A stretch of DNA of 64,000 nucleotides from a bacterium (GTDB lineage Archaea > Thermoplasmatota > E2 > JACPAO01 > JAHFTW01): assembly GCA_040390065.1 (NCBI GenBank), contig JAZJZE010000005.1:245170-309169 (forward strand), written 5' to 3'. The position numbers and the translations under genes are program-made. Each line of letters opens with the position of its first letter. The first letter of the stretch is position 1. Positions 18,812 to 28,089 of this stretch are shown here, piece by piece. The notes under the pieces are model-generated. The model saw nothing but the letters and a program-made list of their open reading frames with translations, did not search any database and was not told the origin of the DNA.

Positions 18812-21800
18812 TCAGGGCGCGTTCCAGAACGCCTTGTAGGCCAAGCTCTGGCTCAGTTGCGATGTGGCGCTGCCCTGGCTGGGCAGGCTCGCCGGAATGG
18901 GCAGGGCGTCGTGGCTGTTGTTGAATGCGTCGAGGGCGCTGGCAGCGGCCGTGATGGCAGCCGCATTGCCTGCCGCGTAGGCGGCGTCGCCAGCGGTGAT
19001 GAGCGCCAGGCTGGCCGGGCTGCAGCCGAAGGCCGCGCAGTTCAGTTTCGCGGCCACGAGTTGCTGGGCCAGGATCATGCGCGCCTGCTCCACGACCGTG
19101 CGCTTGCCGCCCAGCGTCATCTTCGAGATGTCGGCGAAGAAGGCACCGTAGAGCTGGCTCTGTCCGGCCCCGGCCGCGTTGGTCACGAGGCCCTTGTGGG
19201 GCGCCGCGCCGACGGTGAGGGAGCCGCCCAACTTGGTGGCCAGGATGGCGTTCGTGAACGCCGTGTGGGTCGACCAGAAGCCCTGCGTCCGGGTCGCCAC
19301 GGGGTTGTCATTGTTGGTGACCGTACAGGTCCTCAGTTCGCCAAGGGCAATCGTTCCGGTGCAGTCGGCGCTGAAGCTGGCGGTGTATCCGGGCGCCGGT
19401 CCTTCCGTGACCGCGTACGCACCGGCGTTCAGTTCAACGAGGACTCCGCCTTCGGCCCCGTTGAAGCTGGCGGGGCTTGCGGCCACGCCGGCCACGAAGA
19501 GGGTGAAGTTGGCCGCAACCTTGGCGCCAGCGTCATCATTGATCACGTGCTTCACGACGCGCAGGTAGGGCTGCATGTCGTCGTTGGTGAGCCAGCATTG
19601 CTTGGCGTCGCCGACGTGCAGCACGACGTGTCCGGCGGCGTCGCAGTCGCCAGCGAAGGTGCCTGCGTAGCCAGCGGGACCGGCCGCTTCCGAGACATGG
19701 TACGCGCCGGCCATGAAGCCGGTGACGGCGTCCAACTGGACGACCGTGTCGTTGACGAGGAAGGTCCAGTCTGCCGCGGCCGCCGTGCCACCGTCATTGT
19801 TGGTCACGAGCTTGTGGACGGCCAGGGTCGGGCGGATGTCGTCGTTCGTCAGGACGCATTGCTTGACGTCACCGACCGCAAGCGCGATGGTGCCGTTCGC
19901 CGCGCAGTCGCCGCTGAAGGCGAGGGCGTAGCCGGCCGGCCCGAACTCACGGATCTGGAAGAGCGTCGGGGAGGCGTCGATGCCTGTCGGGACGCCGGAT
20001 TGGACCTGGACGAGGTCCACGAAGTACTCCCAGTCGGCGACTTGGGCCGTGCCGCCGTCGTCGTTGACCACGACTTTGCTGACGTTCAGGATGGGCTGGA
20101 TGTCACTGTTGGTGAGGATGCATTCCTTCTGCTCGCCGATGGCCAAGGCCACCATTCCGTCGGCGTCGCAGTTGCCGCTGACGGCAAGCGCGTAGCCGGC
20201 TGGTCCTTGTTCCGTGACCTGGTATTGGCCGGCGTTGAAGCCAGTCGCCGCGCCGCGCACGACTTGCACGTCGCCGACGAAGAAGCTCCAGTCGTCCGCC
20301 ACGGCCAGGCCGCCGTGGTCGTTCTCGACGACCTTCGTGACCTTGAGTTTGGGCTGGATGTCGTCGTTGGTGATAGTGCATTGCTTGTCGTCACCGACGA
20401 AGAGCTGGATGGACCCCTCCGCGCAGGACTCGCCAAACGAGGCAAGGTAGCCGGCCGGCCCCGACTCGCCGATGGCGTAGGTGCCGGCGTCGAAGCCAAC
20501 GGTTTCGTCAAGGTCCACTTGGGTGTCTTCGACCATGTAGTCCCAGTCGGCCGCGACCGCATCGCCGCCGTTGTCGTTGACCACGAGCTTGTGCAGGGTC
20601 AGCTTGGGCTGGATGTCGTCGTTCGTGATCGTGCACTCCTTGTCGTCGCCGACGGCCAAGACGATGGAACCTTCGGCGCAAGCCGCGTCGAAGCTGGCGG
20701 CGTAGCCCGCGGGACCATCCTCGGAGATGGCGTACGTGCCCGCGTCGAAGCCGTGCGGGACGCCGCTCAGGACCGATTGGTCATCGACGGACAGCAGGAA
20801 GTCGCCGACCTCGGCAAGACCTCCGTTGTCGTTCGTGACGAGCTTGGTGACCGTCAGGATGGGCTGGATGTCGTCGTTGGTGAGGATGCAGGTCTTGGCG
20901 TCACCGATGTCCAGGTGGACTTCGCCGTCGGCGTCACAGGCGCCCGAGAAGGCGGCCGCGTAGCCGGCGTCACCGGTCTCGCTCACGACGTAGTCGCCCG
21001 CGTTGAAGCCGTTGGCGTCGCCCGATCCGACCGGGACGAGGCCGACAAAGAGCGGGAAGTCGGCAACGCCCAAGGTGCCGCCGTTGTCGCTGTGGACAAC
21101 CTTGATGACCGTCAGAATGGGCTGGATGTCGTCGTTGGTGATCGTGCAGGTCTTGGCATCGGCCAAGGCGAGGGCCACGTGGCCGTCAGCCGTGCAGGCG
21201 CCATCGATGGCCTCGTTGTAGCCCGCGGGCCCGATCTCGCTCACGACGTGGTCCCCGACATCGAAGCCGTTGGCCTCGCCGCTTGCCACCGACGTGTCGT
21301 CGACGAAGAGCTGGGCGTCGCCGACCACGGCAGTGCCCCCGTTGTCGTTGACGAACACCTTGACGACCGTGAGCATGGGCTGGATGTCACGGTTCGTGAT
21401 GATGCATTCCTTGGATTCCCCCACGGCAAGGCTGACTTGGCCATTGGCATCGCAGGCGCCACCGAACGCGGCCGCGTAGCCGGCATCGCCGACTTCGCTG
21501 ACCGTGTACGTGCCGGCGTGGACGCCGCTGGCCTGGCCGCTTGTCACGAGAAGGTCATCGATGTAGAGCGGGAAGTCCGCCACTTGCAGCGTGCCCCCGT
21601 TGTCGTTCTCGACCACCTTGGTGACGGTCAGCAGGGGCTGGATGTCGTCGTTGGTGAGCGTGCAGGCCTTGTGGTCGCCCACGGCCAGCGAGATGGAACC
21701 GTCCGCCGCGCAGTTGCCCGAGAAGGTTCCCGTGTAGCCGGGCAGGCCCGTCTCGGAGACCAGGTAGTCGCCCGCCGGGAAGGTGGCGGCGACACCGCTT

Positions 21801-23074
21801 GCGACCTGCGTGTCGTCGACGAACAGGTCGAAGGCCGCGACCGTGGCCGTGCCGCCGTCGCCGTTGTCCACGACCTTGGTGACGGTCAGCGTCGCGCGCT
21901 GGTCGTCATTCTGCAAGTCGCATTCCTTGATGTCGCCATCCAGGAGGATGATGCTCCCATCCGCGGCGCAGTCGCCCGAGACGAAGGTGCCCAGGTAGCC
22001 GTCGACGGCGTCCTCGGCGACCGTGTACATGCCGGCAGGGAGGTTGACGTAAGACGTGCCGAACGGGTCGCCAGGGGCTGGGCTGCCCGTGACGTCCGCG
22101 CCGAGGTCATCGAAGACGTGGATGGAGAAGTCAGCCGGGGCTGCCAGGCCGCCGGCGTCGTTCACGACGGTCTTCACGATGGTGAGCGATGCGCCAAGGG
22201 GATGGACCGGGATCACGGTCTCTTCCTTCATGGAGCGGTCCTGGTTGCCGCCGGTTCCATCAAGGGCGATGAGACGCATGTGATACGGCGAGCCCCCGAT
22301 GCCCGTGGTTGCGTTAATCGATGGCCAGTCGAGGGACGAGCCGATGTGGCCGCCCCAGGCGAGCACCACGGTCGGAGATGCCGCCATGAAGGTGATGCGC
22401 ACGCGGGCTTCCGACTGGGCGTCGGTGAGGACGCCCTGCGTCGTGTAGACCGCAGCGGCGATGGCGCCGTTGTAGATGGTGAAGTTGCGCTCGGCCTGGG
22501 GCAGGGCGTTGAAGCTGTCAAGGGGCATGGGCGAGCCGGCCGGGATGGGCACCGGGTATTGGGCACCGGCCACGCACGGGGCGACGCCGTCACAGGGGTC
22601 CACGAGTTCCACGATCCGCCTCGCCGAGGTGAGGAAGTCGATTGCGTGCTTGCCACCGTGGGTGATGTCGAAGCCGATGTCAAGGGTGTGGGTGCCGGGC
22701 GACATGCCCGTCAGGACCATGCGGTACGCGGCCGATTGGCCTTCGACGTAGTGCGAGTCGTGCTGGTTCAGGTTGCCGTTCACCCAATTGCAGGGGCTTT
22801 CCGAGACGATGGGGGGCCCGCGGGCGCCGTTGGCGCACTGGTCGAGGTCCGCAGCCGGGTTGAACTGGACTGGCGGAGCGGCTGCCAGGGGGACCGGAAG
22901 GAGAATCGAGAGACAAAGAAGACCGGTGAGGATGGAGGAGACAAAGAACGGGCGAACGCTGGTCGCCGCTGTGGGCGGTGCAGCCTTCGGCCGGGCCGCC
23001 GTGTGCGGTTTCCGGGAATTCGGACCGCGAATTGCCTTCCTGTTCGGCAAGGGAGTCATGACGGCACGTTCCAT
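18812..23074 (-). CDS. Large secreted protein with 11 tandem prealbumin/CnaB-like repeats
   Basis: Signal peptide; ~85-aa repeats LTVxKxVxNDxGG...YxVxE...C...CxxTNDD; TQGFW C-terminal domain. Confidence 0.85.
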   Translation of the reverse strand: MERAVMTPLPNRKAIRGPNSRKPHTAARPKAAPPTAATSVRPFFVSSILTGLLCLSILLPVPLAAAPPVQFNPAADLDQCANGARGPPIVSESPCNWVNGNLNQHDSHYVEGQSAAYRMVLTGMSPGTHTLDIGFDITHGGKHAIDFLTSARRIVELVDPCDGVAPCVAGAQYPVPIPAGSPMPLDSFNALPQAERNFTIYNGAIAAAVYTTQGVLTDAQSEARVRITFMAASPTVVLAWGGHIGSSLDWPSINATTGIGGSPYHMRLIALDGTGGNQDRSMKEETVIPVHPLGASLTIVKTVVNDAGGLAAPADFSIHVFDDLGADVTGSPAPGDPFGTSYVNLPAGMYTVAEDAVDGYLGTFVSGDCAADGSIILLDGDIKECDLQNDDQRATLTVTKVVDNGDGGTATVAAFDLFVDDTQVASGVAATFPAGDYLVSETGLPGYTGTFSGNCAADGSISLAVGDHKACTLTNDDIQPLLTVTKVVENDNGGTLQVADFPLYIDDLLVTSGQASGVHAGTYTVSEVGDAGYAAAFGGACDANGQVSLAVGESKECIITNRDIQPMLTVVKVFVNDNGGTAVVGDAQLFVDDTSVASGEANGFDVGDHVVSEIGPAGYNEAIDGACTADGHVALALADAKTCTITNDDIQPILTVIKVVHSDNGGTLGVADFPLFVGLVPVGSGDANGFNAGDYVVSETGDAGYAAAFSGACDADGEVHLDIGDAKTCILTNDDIQPILTVTKLVTNDNGGLAEVGDFLLSVDDQSVLSGVPHGFDAGTYAISEDGPAGYAASFDAACAEGSIVLAVGDDKECTITNDDIQPKLTLHKLVVNDNGGDAVAADWDYMVEDTQVDLDETVGFDAGTYAIGESGPAGYLASFGESCAEGSIQLFVGDDKQCTITNDDIQPKLKVTKVVENDHGGLAVADDWSFFVGDVQVVRGAATGFNAGQYQVTEQGPAGYALAVSGNCDADGMVALAIGEQKECILTNSDIQPILNVSKVVVNDDGGTAQVADWEYFVDLVQVQSGVPTGIDASPTLFQIREFGPAGYALAFSGDCAANGTIALAVGDVKQCVLTNDDIRPTLAVHKLVTNNDGGTAAAADWTFLVNDTVVQLDAVTGFMAGAYHVSEAAGPAGYAGTFAGDCDAAGHVVLHVGDAKQCWLTNDDMQPYLRVVKHVINDDAGAKVAANFTLFVAGVAASPASFNGAEGGVLVELNAGAYAVTEGPAPGYTASFSADCTGTIALGELRTCTVTNNDNPVATRTQGFWSTHTAFTNAILATKLGGSLTVGAAPHKGLVTNAAGAGQSQLYGAFFADISKMTLGGKRTVVEQARMILAQQLVAAKLNCAAFGCSPASLALITAGDAAYAAGNAAAITAAASALDAFNNSHDALPIPASLPSQGSATSQLSQSLAYKAFWNAP

Positions 23075-23233
23075 CGCAGCGCAAGGCTGGATGACCAGGC
23101 TGGGCGGTGAAGGGGCTTAACGGGGCCGCACGTATCGTTCGCGTCGCGGACGAATCGTGGGTGGGGGTGCGCTGGCCAGCCGCCGGCGGTCGGCAGGGTG
23201 CAAGAAAACGGGTCCGCGCGCCGTCCCCGTGCG

Positions 23234-23599
23234 CTACAGGACTGGCAGCCCAATGAGGGATTCGAGTGGCACGTCGGGCTCGCCGTCGTGGATGCCGTAG
23301 AGGGCTTGGATGCGGATCCAGGCATGGTAGCATTCGAGGAACTGGCGGCCTCGCGACGTCAACTGCGGCAGGCGGCCTTCCTCGACCAGGTCATGGTGGC
23401 GCAGCTCACCGAGGTACGCAACGAGGCGGTCGTGGGGGAGATTGGCCCGAGCGGCCAACCCCGCCAGGCTGACCCGCGGCGCGCGGCCGTCGGCCAAGCC
23501 GTCAAGGTTGTCCAAGACATCGCCCAGGATGCGGGCGTGTTCACGTCGCATGAAGTCCCCCAGCGGCCGGGGCGGGCCCGGCACGACGCGCTTGTCCAA
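23234..23599 (-). CDS. Winged-helix DNA-binding protein
   Basis: RANL.H.RL..YL.EL...LT.RG..FL..Y pattern of small archaeal wHTH regulators. Confidence 0.75.
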   Translation of the reverse strand: MDKRVVPGPPRPLGDFMRREHARILGDVLDNLDGLADGRAPRVSLAGLAARANLPHDRLVAYLGELRHHDLVEEGRLPQLTSRGRQFLECYHAWIRIQALYGIHDGEPDVPLESLIGLPVL

Positions 23600-23695
23600 T
23601 CATGGCCTTACGGGCCCTTCTGCGCTCCTGGGCACTTATAGGGCTGCCGCGACGCGTATATCAAGGGCCTTTTCGCGCCACCTGTTGGCAAGCCT

Positions 23696-25210
23696 TCACT
23701 TGCCAATCGTCGTCTGGGCCGTGGCGGTCGCACAGATGCCGGCCGCGGCCGCCGTGATGGTCACGGTCATGGCCGGGGATTTCTGGGGGGCGGTCACGGT
23801 GAGGACGACGGTGCCAGATTCGCCCGGTTGAAGGGTCAGGGAGGACACGCTCAGGCTGGCCGTCCAGCCCGTGCGGGACAGGACCTTCGTGAGGCTCACG
23901 CTGTCCGCCACGCTCCCAGTGTTCTGCACTGTGAAAGTGTACGAGACGGTGCCCTTTGCGGCCGCCGCCTTGGCCTGCGAGGCCGGGCTCACGGCGACAC
24001 CGTGGGTGGCCGGCGGCGGGGGCGGCGGCATGGCCGTGACGTTGGCCGCGATGGCCAGGTCGGGGCGCACAAGGCCGAAGCCGGCAGCCGCGTCCTTTCC
24101 GGCCGCACCGACATCCTGGGCGCTGGACTCGAGGGCCTGGCGCACCTGGGCGTTCGTGTAGCCGGGGTGTGCGGCCCAGACGAGGGCGGCGGCACCTGCA
24201 ACGTGGGGCGTGCTCATGGAGGTGCCCGCAGCGCGCATGAGGGCCGTGTCGGAGGTGAACCACGTGGACTGGATGGCGTTGCCTGGGGCGGCGAGGTCGA
24301 CCTCGGGGCCTTGGCTGGTGAAGCTGCAGATGGCGCGGTTCTGGTCGACGCAGCCGACGGCGATGACGTTGGCGTAGGCGGCCGGGTACTGGACGCAGCC
24401 GGTGCAGGCGCCGTTTCCTGCCGCCGCCGCCAGAAGAGTGCCTTTGTTCCAGGCGTAGTTGACCGCATCCTCGACCGCCGTACTGGGGGTGGTGGAGCCG
24501 AGGGACATGGAGATGACTTTGGCTCCGTTGTCGGCGCACCAGCGGATGCCCGTGGCGACGGTGCTCATGTAGCCGTTGCCGGAGGCGTCGAGCACTTTCG
24601 CGGCCTTGAACGAGGACTGGGCGATGCCGGCGATGCCGACGCCGTTTCCGGTCACTGCTGCGGCGATGCCGGTGACGTGAGTGCCGTGGCCGTTGTCGTC
24701 GGAGGGGTCACTGTCGCCGTTGACGAGGTCGATCCCGCCGGCTGCGTGGGCGGCCAGGTCCTGGTGGGTCATGCGCGCACCCGTGTCGACGATGCAGAGG
24801 GTGACATCCGCGGAGCCGAGGGTGACATCCCAGGCAGCGGGCGCGCCGATGAGTTGCGGGCCATATTGGCTGACGCCGAACTCGGGGTCGCTTGGGAGGA
24901 AGGCGGCCAGCGGCTGCAGCGGGTCGTCTTCCACTGCGCGCACCTCCGCCCGGCCGTGGGCCTGTTGGCGGAAACCAGCGGCATCGTCGGCTTGCACGAC
25001 GGCGAAGCCCAGGGGGCCGTCAACGGCAAGGACGGTTGCGCCCAGGTAGTGCGATTGCGGGTGGATGTCCGACGGAAGGGCGTGGAAAGACACGACAAGT
25101 CGGGCCGGGCCGGGCGCCGGCTCAGCTGCCGCCACGGCGAGCGGGGCAAGGGCGGTCGCGGCAAGGGCGAGCAGCAGCATACCTGTCGGTAGGGTCTTCA
25201 TGACGTCCAC
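23696..25210 (-). CDS. Secreted S8 subtilisin-like serine protease with C-terminal Ig-like domain
   Basis: VDTG, HGTHV, AAGN, GTSMSTPHV catalytic motifs. Confidence 0.95.
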   Translation of the reverse strand: MDVMKTLPTGMLLLALAATALAPLAVAAAEPAPGPARLVVSFHALPSDIHPQSHYLGATVLAVDGPLGFAVVQADDAAGFRQQAHGRAEVRAVEDDPLQPLAAFLPSDPEFGVSQYGPQLIGAPAAWDVTLGSADVTLCIVDTGARMTHQDLAAHAAGGIDLVNGDSDPSDDNGHGTHVTGIAAAVTGNGVGIAGIAQSSFKAAKVLDASGNGYMSTVATGIRWCADNGAKVISMSLGSTTPSTAVEDAVNYAWNKGTLLAAAAGNGACTGCVQYPAAYANVIAVGCVDQNRAICSFTSQGPEVDLAAPGNAIQSTWFTSDTALMRAAGTSMSTPHVAGAAALVWAAHPGYTNAQVRQALESSAQDVGAAGKDAAAGFGLVRPDLAIAANVTAMPPPPPPATHGVAVSPASQAKAAAAKGTVSYTFTVQNTGSVADSVSLTKVLSRTGWTASLSVSSLTLQPGESGTVVLTVTAPQKSPAMTVTITAAAAGICATATAQTTIGK

Positions 25211-25434
25211 TCAAGCGGCGAGGGACGGGGGGCGCCGTTGGGAATCATCCCAAGGCGGCCCGGGTCCGCCCCGCATCCGCAACAGGCCGTTTCTCCCCCA
25301 GAAATAAAGGGCGAACCGAACCGGCTAAAGGTCAGGATGCTCCTGGAAAACCTGCTATTAGGACGTTGCCCCGCGGGCGCTAATAGCCCCGGGCCCGAGC
25401 CCTAGTGCCAGCGCCCGGCGCGCACCAGGCTCCC

Positions 25435-26112
25435 ATGTCCGTGAAGATCCTCGTGGTTGACGATGAAGACGACGTCCGTGAGAGCACGGCCATGGTGTTG
25501 CAGTCCCTCGGCTATGGGGCGGCGACGTGCGGCCAGGCGGCCGACATCCTCGACGCCATCGACCGCGAGCACCCTGACATCATCCTGCAGGACCTCAAGA
25601 TGCCGGGCCTCAACGTCTCCGGCCTCGTCGCCAGCCTGCGCTCCAATCCAGCCACGGCGGACATCCCGCTGGTCTTCTTCAGCGCCAACGAGGACCTGTC
25701 CACGACGGCGGCCCGCTACGACGTCTGGGGGTACATCTCGAAGCCGTTCGAGCCAGCAGAACTCCAGCACCTGCTGCTCCAGATCCTTGGCGCAAGCCCC
25801 CACAAGACCCCACCCCCGTCGGACCGGGACCTGCAGCGCGACCTGCGGCAGACCTTCCATGACTACTGGAACATCCTGTCGGCGCTGGGCAACTACATTG
25901 CCGTCCTGAAGGCGGCCCCCGGCCTGATTCCAGACGCGCAACATGCCGTGCGTGGACTGGATGATCTCCTGCTGAAACTCGAGACCAAGACCGACCGGTT
26001 GCGCAGCTACCTGTTGTCCCTGGCCGGCCAGACGTCAACGGTTGGGACGACCGAACCGGCCGACCAGCGCGACCGCTCCGGCGGCCGGCGCGGCCCCGCC
26101 GTCGCGGCGTGA
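25435..26112 (+). CDS. Response regulator receiver protein with C-terminal H-box-like helices
   Basis: ILVVDD, DLKMP, FSA, KPF; C-terminal FHDYWNILSAL. Confidence 0.88.
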   Translation: MSVKILVVDDEDDVRESTAMVLQSLGYGAATCGQAADILDAIDREHPDIILQDLKMPGLNVSGLVASLRSNPATADIPLVFFSANEDLSTTAARYDVWGYISKPFEPAELQHLLLQILGASPHKTPPPSDRDLQRDLRQTFHDYWNILSALGNYIAVLKAAPGLIPDAQHAVRGLDDLLLKLETKTDRLRSYLLSLAGQTSTVGTTEPADQRDRSGGRRGPAVAA

Positions 26113-26191
26113 CGGGCGCAGCGCCCCCGCAAATCGCACACACCAAGGCCTGTCCGATGCGACGCTTTAGCTAGGCCCCATCGTCGGCGTC

Positions 26192-26452
26192 ATGCGCAAC
26201 CTCAAGCCGAGCCGCCCCCGGCCAGACAGCCGCCACGTCGTCCTGCTGCGGACCCCGAACGGTCGCTGGTTGGCGCAAGTGCCGAGCCTTCCGGGTTGCA
26301 CGGCCGAAGGCGAAAGCAGGGACGATGCGATGGACGGCATCACGCAGGCCATCCGGCGCGTCGCGGGCATGCACCGCCGCCTCAAGGAACCGCTGCCGCC
26401 CGACCAGCCCGCCGAAATCGCCGTCGTGGCGACCGACCTTACGCGGGCTTGA
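26192..26452 (+). CDS. Solo HicB-like protein
   Basis: W.A.VPSLPGCTAEG.SR..A...I..AI. Confidence 0.7.
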   Translation: MRNLKPSRPRPDSRHVVLLRTPNGRWLAQVPSLPGCTAEGESRDDAMDGITQAIRRVAGMHRRLKEPLPPDQPAEIAVVATDLTRA

Positions 26453-26981
26453 GCTTCGCCTGCCACGCCTTGCGGAACTTGGCCAGCTTCGGCCGGATGA
26501 TGGCCTGGCAGTAGCCCGCGTACGGGTTGCGTTCGTAGTAGCGTTGGTGGTACTCCTCCGCCGCGTAGAACGCCGTGAAAGGTGCAATCTCGGTGACGAT
26601 GGGGTCGTCCCAGACCTGGTCCTCGGCCAACTCCGCGATGACCTTGCGCGCCTCGTCCGCCTGGGCGGGCGAGTGCGTGAAGATGACGCTGCGGTACTGC
26701 GTGCCGGAGTCGTTCCCCTGCCGGTTCAACGTCGTCGGGTCGTGCACGGTGAAGAAGGCCTGCAGGATCTCATGGTAGGACAAGACGGTTGGGTCAAACG
26801 TGACCTGGACGACCTCGGCGTGGCCCGTGTCGCCTTCGCACACGGCCTCGTAGGATGGATTGGGGTTCATGCCGCCGGCGTAGCCGGACACGACGCTGGT
26901 CACGCCCTGCAGTCCTTGGTAGGCCGCCTCGACGCACCAGAAGCAGCCGCCGCCGAGGGTCGCCATTTCAAACTTGGCCAT
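26439..26981 (-). CDS. msrA: Peptide-methionine (S)-S-oxide reductase
   Basis: GGCFWC, GYAGG, GHAE, HDPT, QYRS, AEEYHQ. Confidence 0.97.
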   Translation of the reverse strand: MAKFEMATLGGGCFWCVEAAYQGLQGVTSVVSGYAGGMNPNPSYEAVCEGDTGHAEVVQVTFDPTVLSYHEILQAFFTVHDPTTLNRQGNDSGTQYRSVIFTHSPAQADEARKVIAELAEDQVWDDPIVTEIAPFTAFYAAEEYHQRYYERNPYAGYCQAIIRPKLAKFRKAWQAKLKPA

Positions 26982-27103
26982 GGCCGGCCATGCCCGCCTC
27001 ACCCTTGAATCTAGGCGTGGGGGTGAACCGCGGCCCGCAAACGCCCCCGAGATAAGCCTTGAGCGCACCACTTAAACCCGGGCAGCCAACAAAGGATGGT
27101 TGC

Positions 27104-27820
27104 ATGCCTGACCCGCTCTTCTTCAACGCGTACAGGAACGGGTCGCCCCCCTGGGACATCGGCCGGGCGCAACCCGCCTTCGTCGAGTTGGCCAACGCGG
27201 GGCAGATCAAGGGGTCCGTCCTGGACGTCGGCTGCGGCACGGGCGACAATGTTCTGGAAATGGCGGAACGCGGCCACGAAGCCTGGGGCGTCGACATCGT
27301 CCCCATGGCCATCGACCAGGCAAAGGCGAAGGCCCGATTGCGCGACCTCGACAAGGCCTGCACGTTCCTCGTCGGCGACGCCCTCGAACTTGAGCACCTG
27401 AACCGCACATTCGACACCGTCATCGACTGCGGCTTGTTCCACAGCTTCTCCGACCCCGAACGGCAAGTGTACGCCCAACAACTGGCCAGCGTCCTGCCCG
27501 CCGGCGGCACCCTGCACCTCATGGTCATGTCCGACTGGGAGGACCCCAACTGGGGCGGCCCCCGCCGCGTCGGCCAGCAGGACATCATCGAGACCTTCAG
27601 CGACGGCTGGCGCATCGACGACATCCAGGAAGCCCGCTTCACGGTGCGACCGCCCTACAAGCTGCGTGCACACGCGTGGCTTGCGAGCATCATCCGCGAG
27701 GCCCCGCCGCCCAAGAAGCGCCCGCGGCGCAAGCAGGTCGAGCCGCCGGTCGCCAAACGCACCCGGGCGAAGCCCATCAAGGCCCCCACCCCCGAGGTTC
27801 AAGTCCAGGCGACGGCTTGA
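27104..27820 (+). CDS. Class I SAM-dependent methyltransferase
   Basis: PWDIG, LDVGCGTG, DCGLFH. Confidence 0.9.
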   Translation: MPDPLFFNAYRNGSPPWDIGRAQPAFVELANAGQIKGSVLDVGCGTGDNVLEMAERGHEAWGVDIVPMAIDQAKAKARLRDLDKACTFLVGDALELEHLNRTFDTVIDCGLFHSFSDPERQVYAQQLASVLPAGGTLHLMVMSDWEDPNWGGPRRVGQQDIIETFSDGWRIDDIQEARFTVRPPYKLRAHAWLASIIREAPPPKKRPRRKQVEPPVAKRTRAKPIKAPTPEVQVQATA

Positions 27821-27827
27821 CCAGGGC

Positions 27828-28043
27828 ATGCACGGCTTTTCCGCCTGCCTGCGCTGCGGCTCCCTCGACCTGCGCATGGTCAAGGCCCTCGACGGCGGCG
27901 GCATCCCCGGCTACGAGTTCGACCGCTCCCACTGCAAGGCGTGCGGCTGGAACGGCCTGCCCCTCGAATTCGACGACGAAGCCGCCTGGAAGCAATTCGT
28001 CGAGGCCCGCAAGGACTGGCGCAGCGAAGCGGCCACGGCCTGA
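27828..28043 (+). CDS. Small Zn-ribbon protein
   Basis: CLRC...CKAC. Confidence 0.65.
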   Translation: MHGFSACLRCGSLDLRMVKALDGGGIPGYEFDRSHCKACGWNGLPLEFDDEAAWKQFVEARKDWRSEAATA

Positions 28044-28089
28044 CCTGGGTAGATACGCCTAAGCCCACGGCCCTCGTCCAGGCCGCCAC

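Noticed and set aside
18182-23110. 1642-aa plus-strand ORF and other long overlapping ORFs
   Set aside because: Antisense or alternate-frame shadows of well-supported genes, expected in high-GC DNA; no recognisable motifs.
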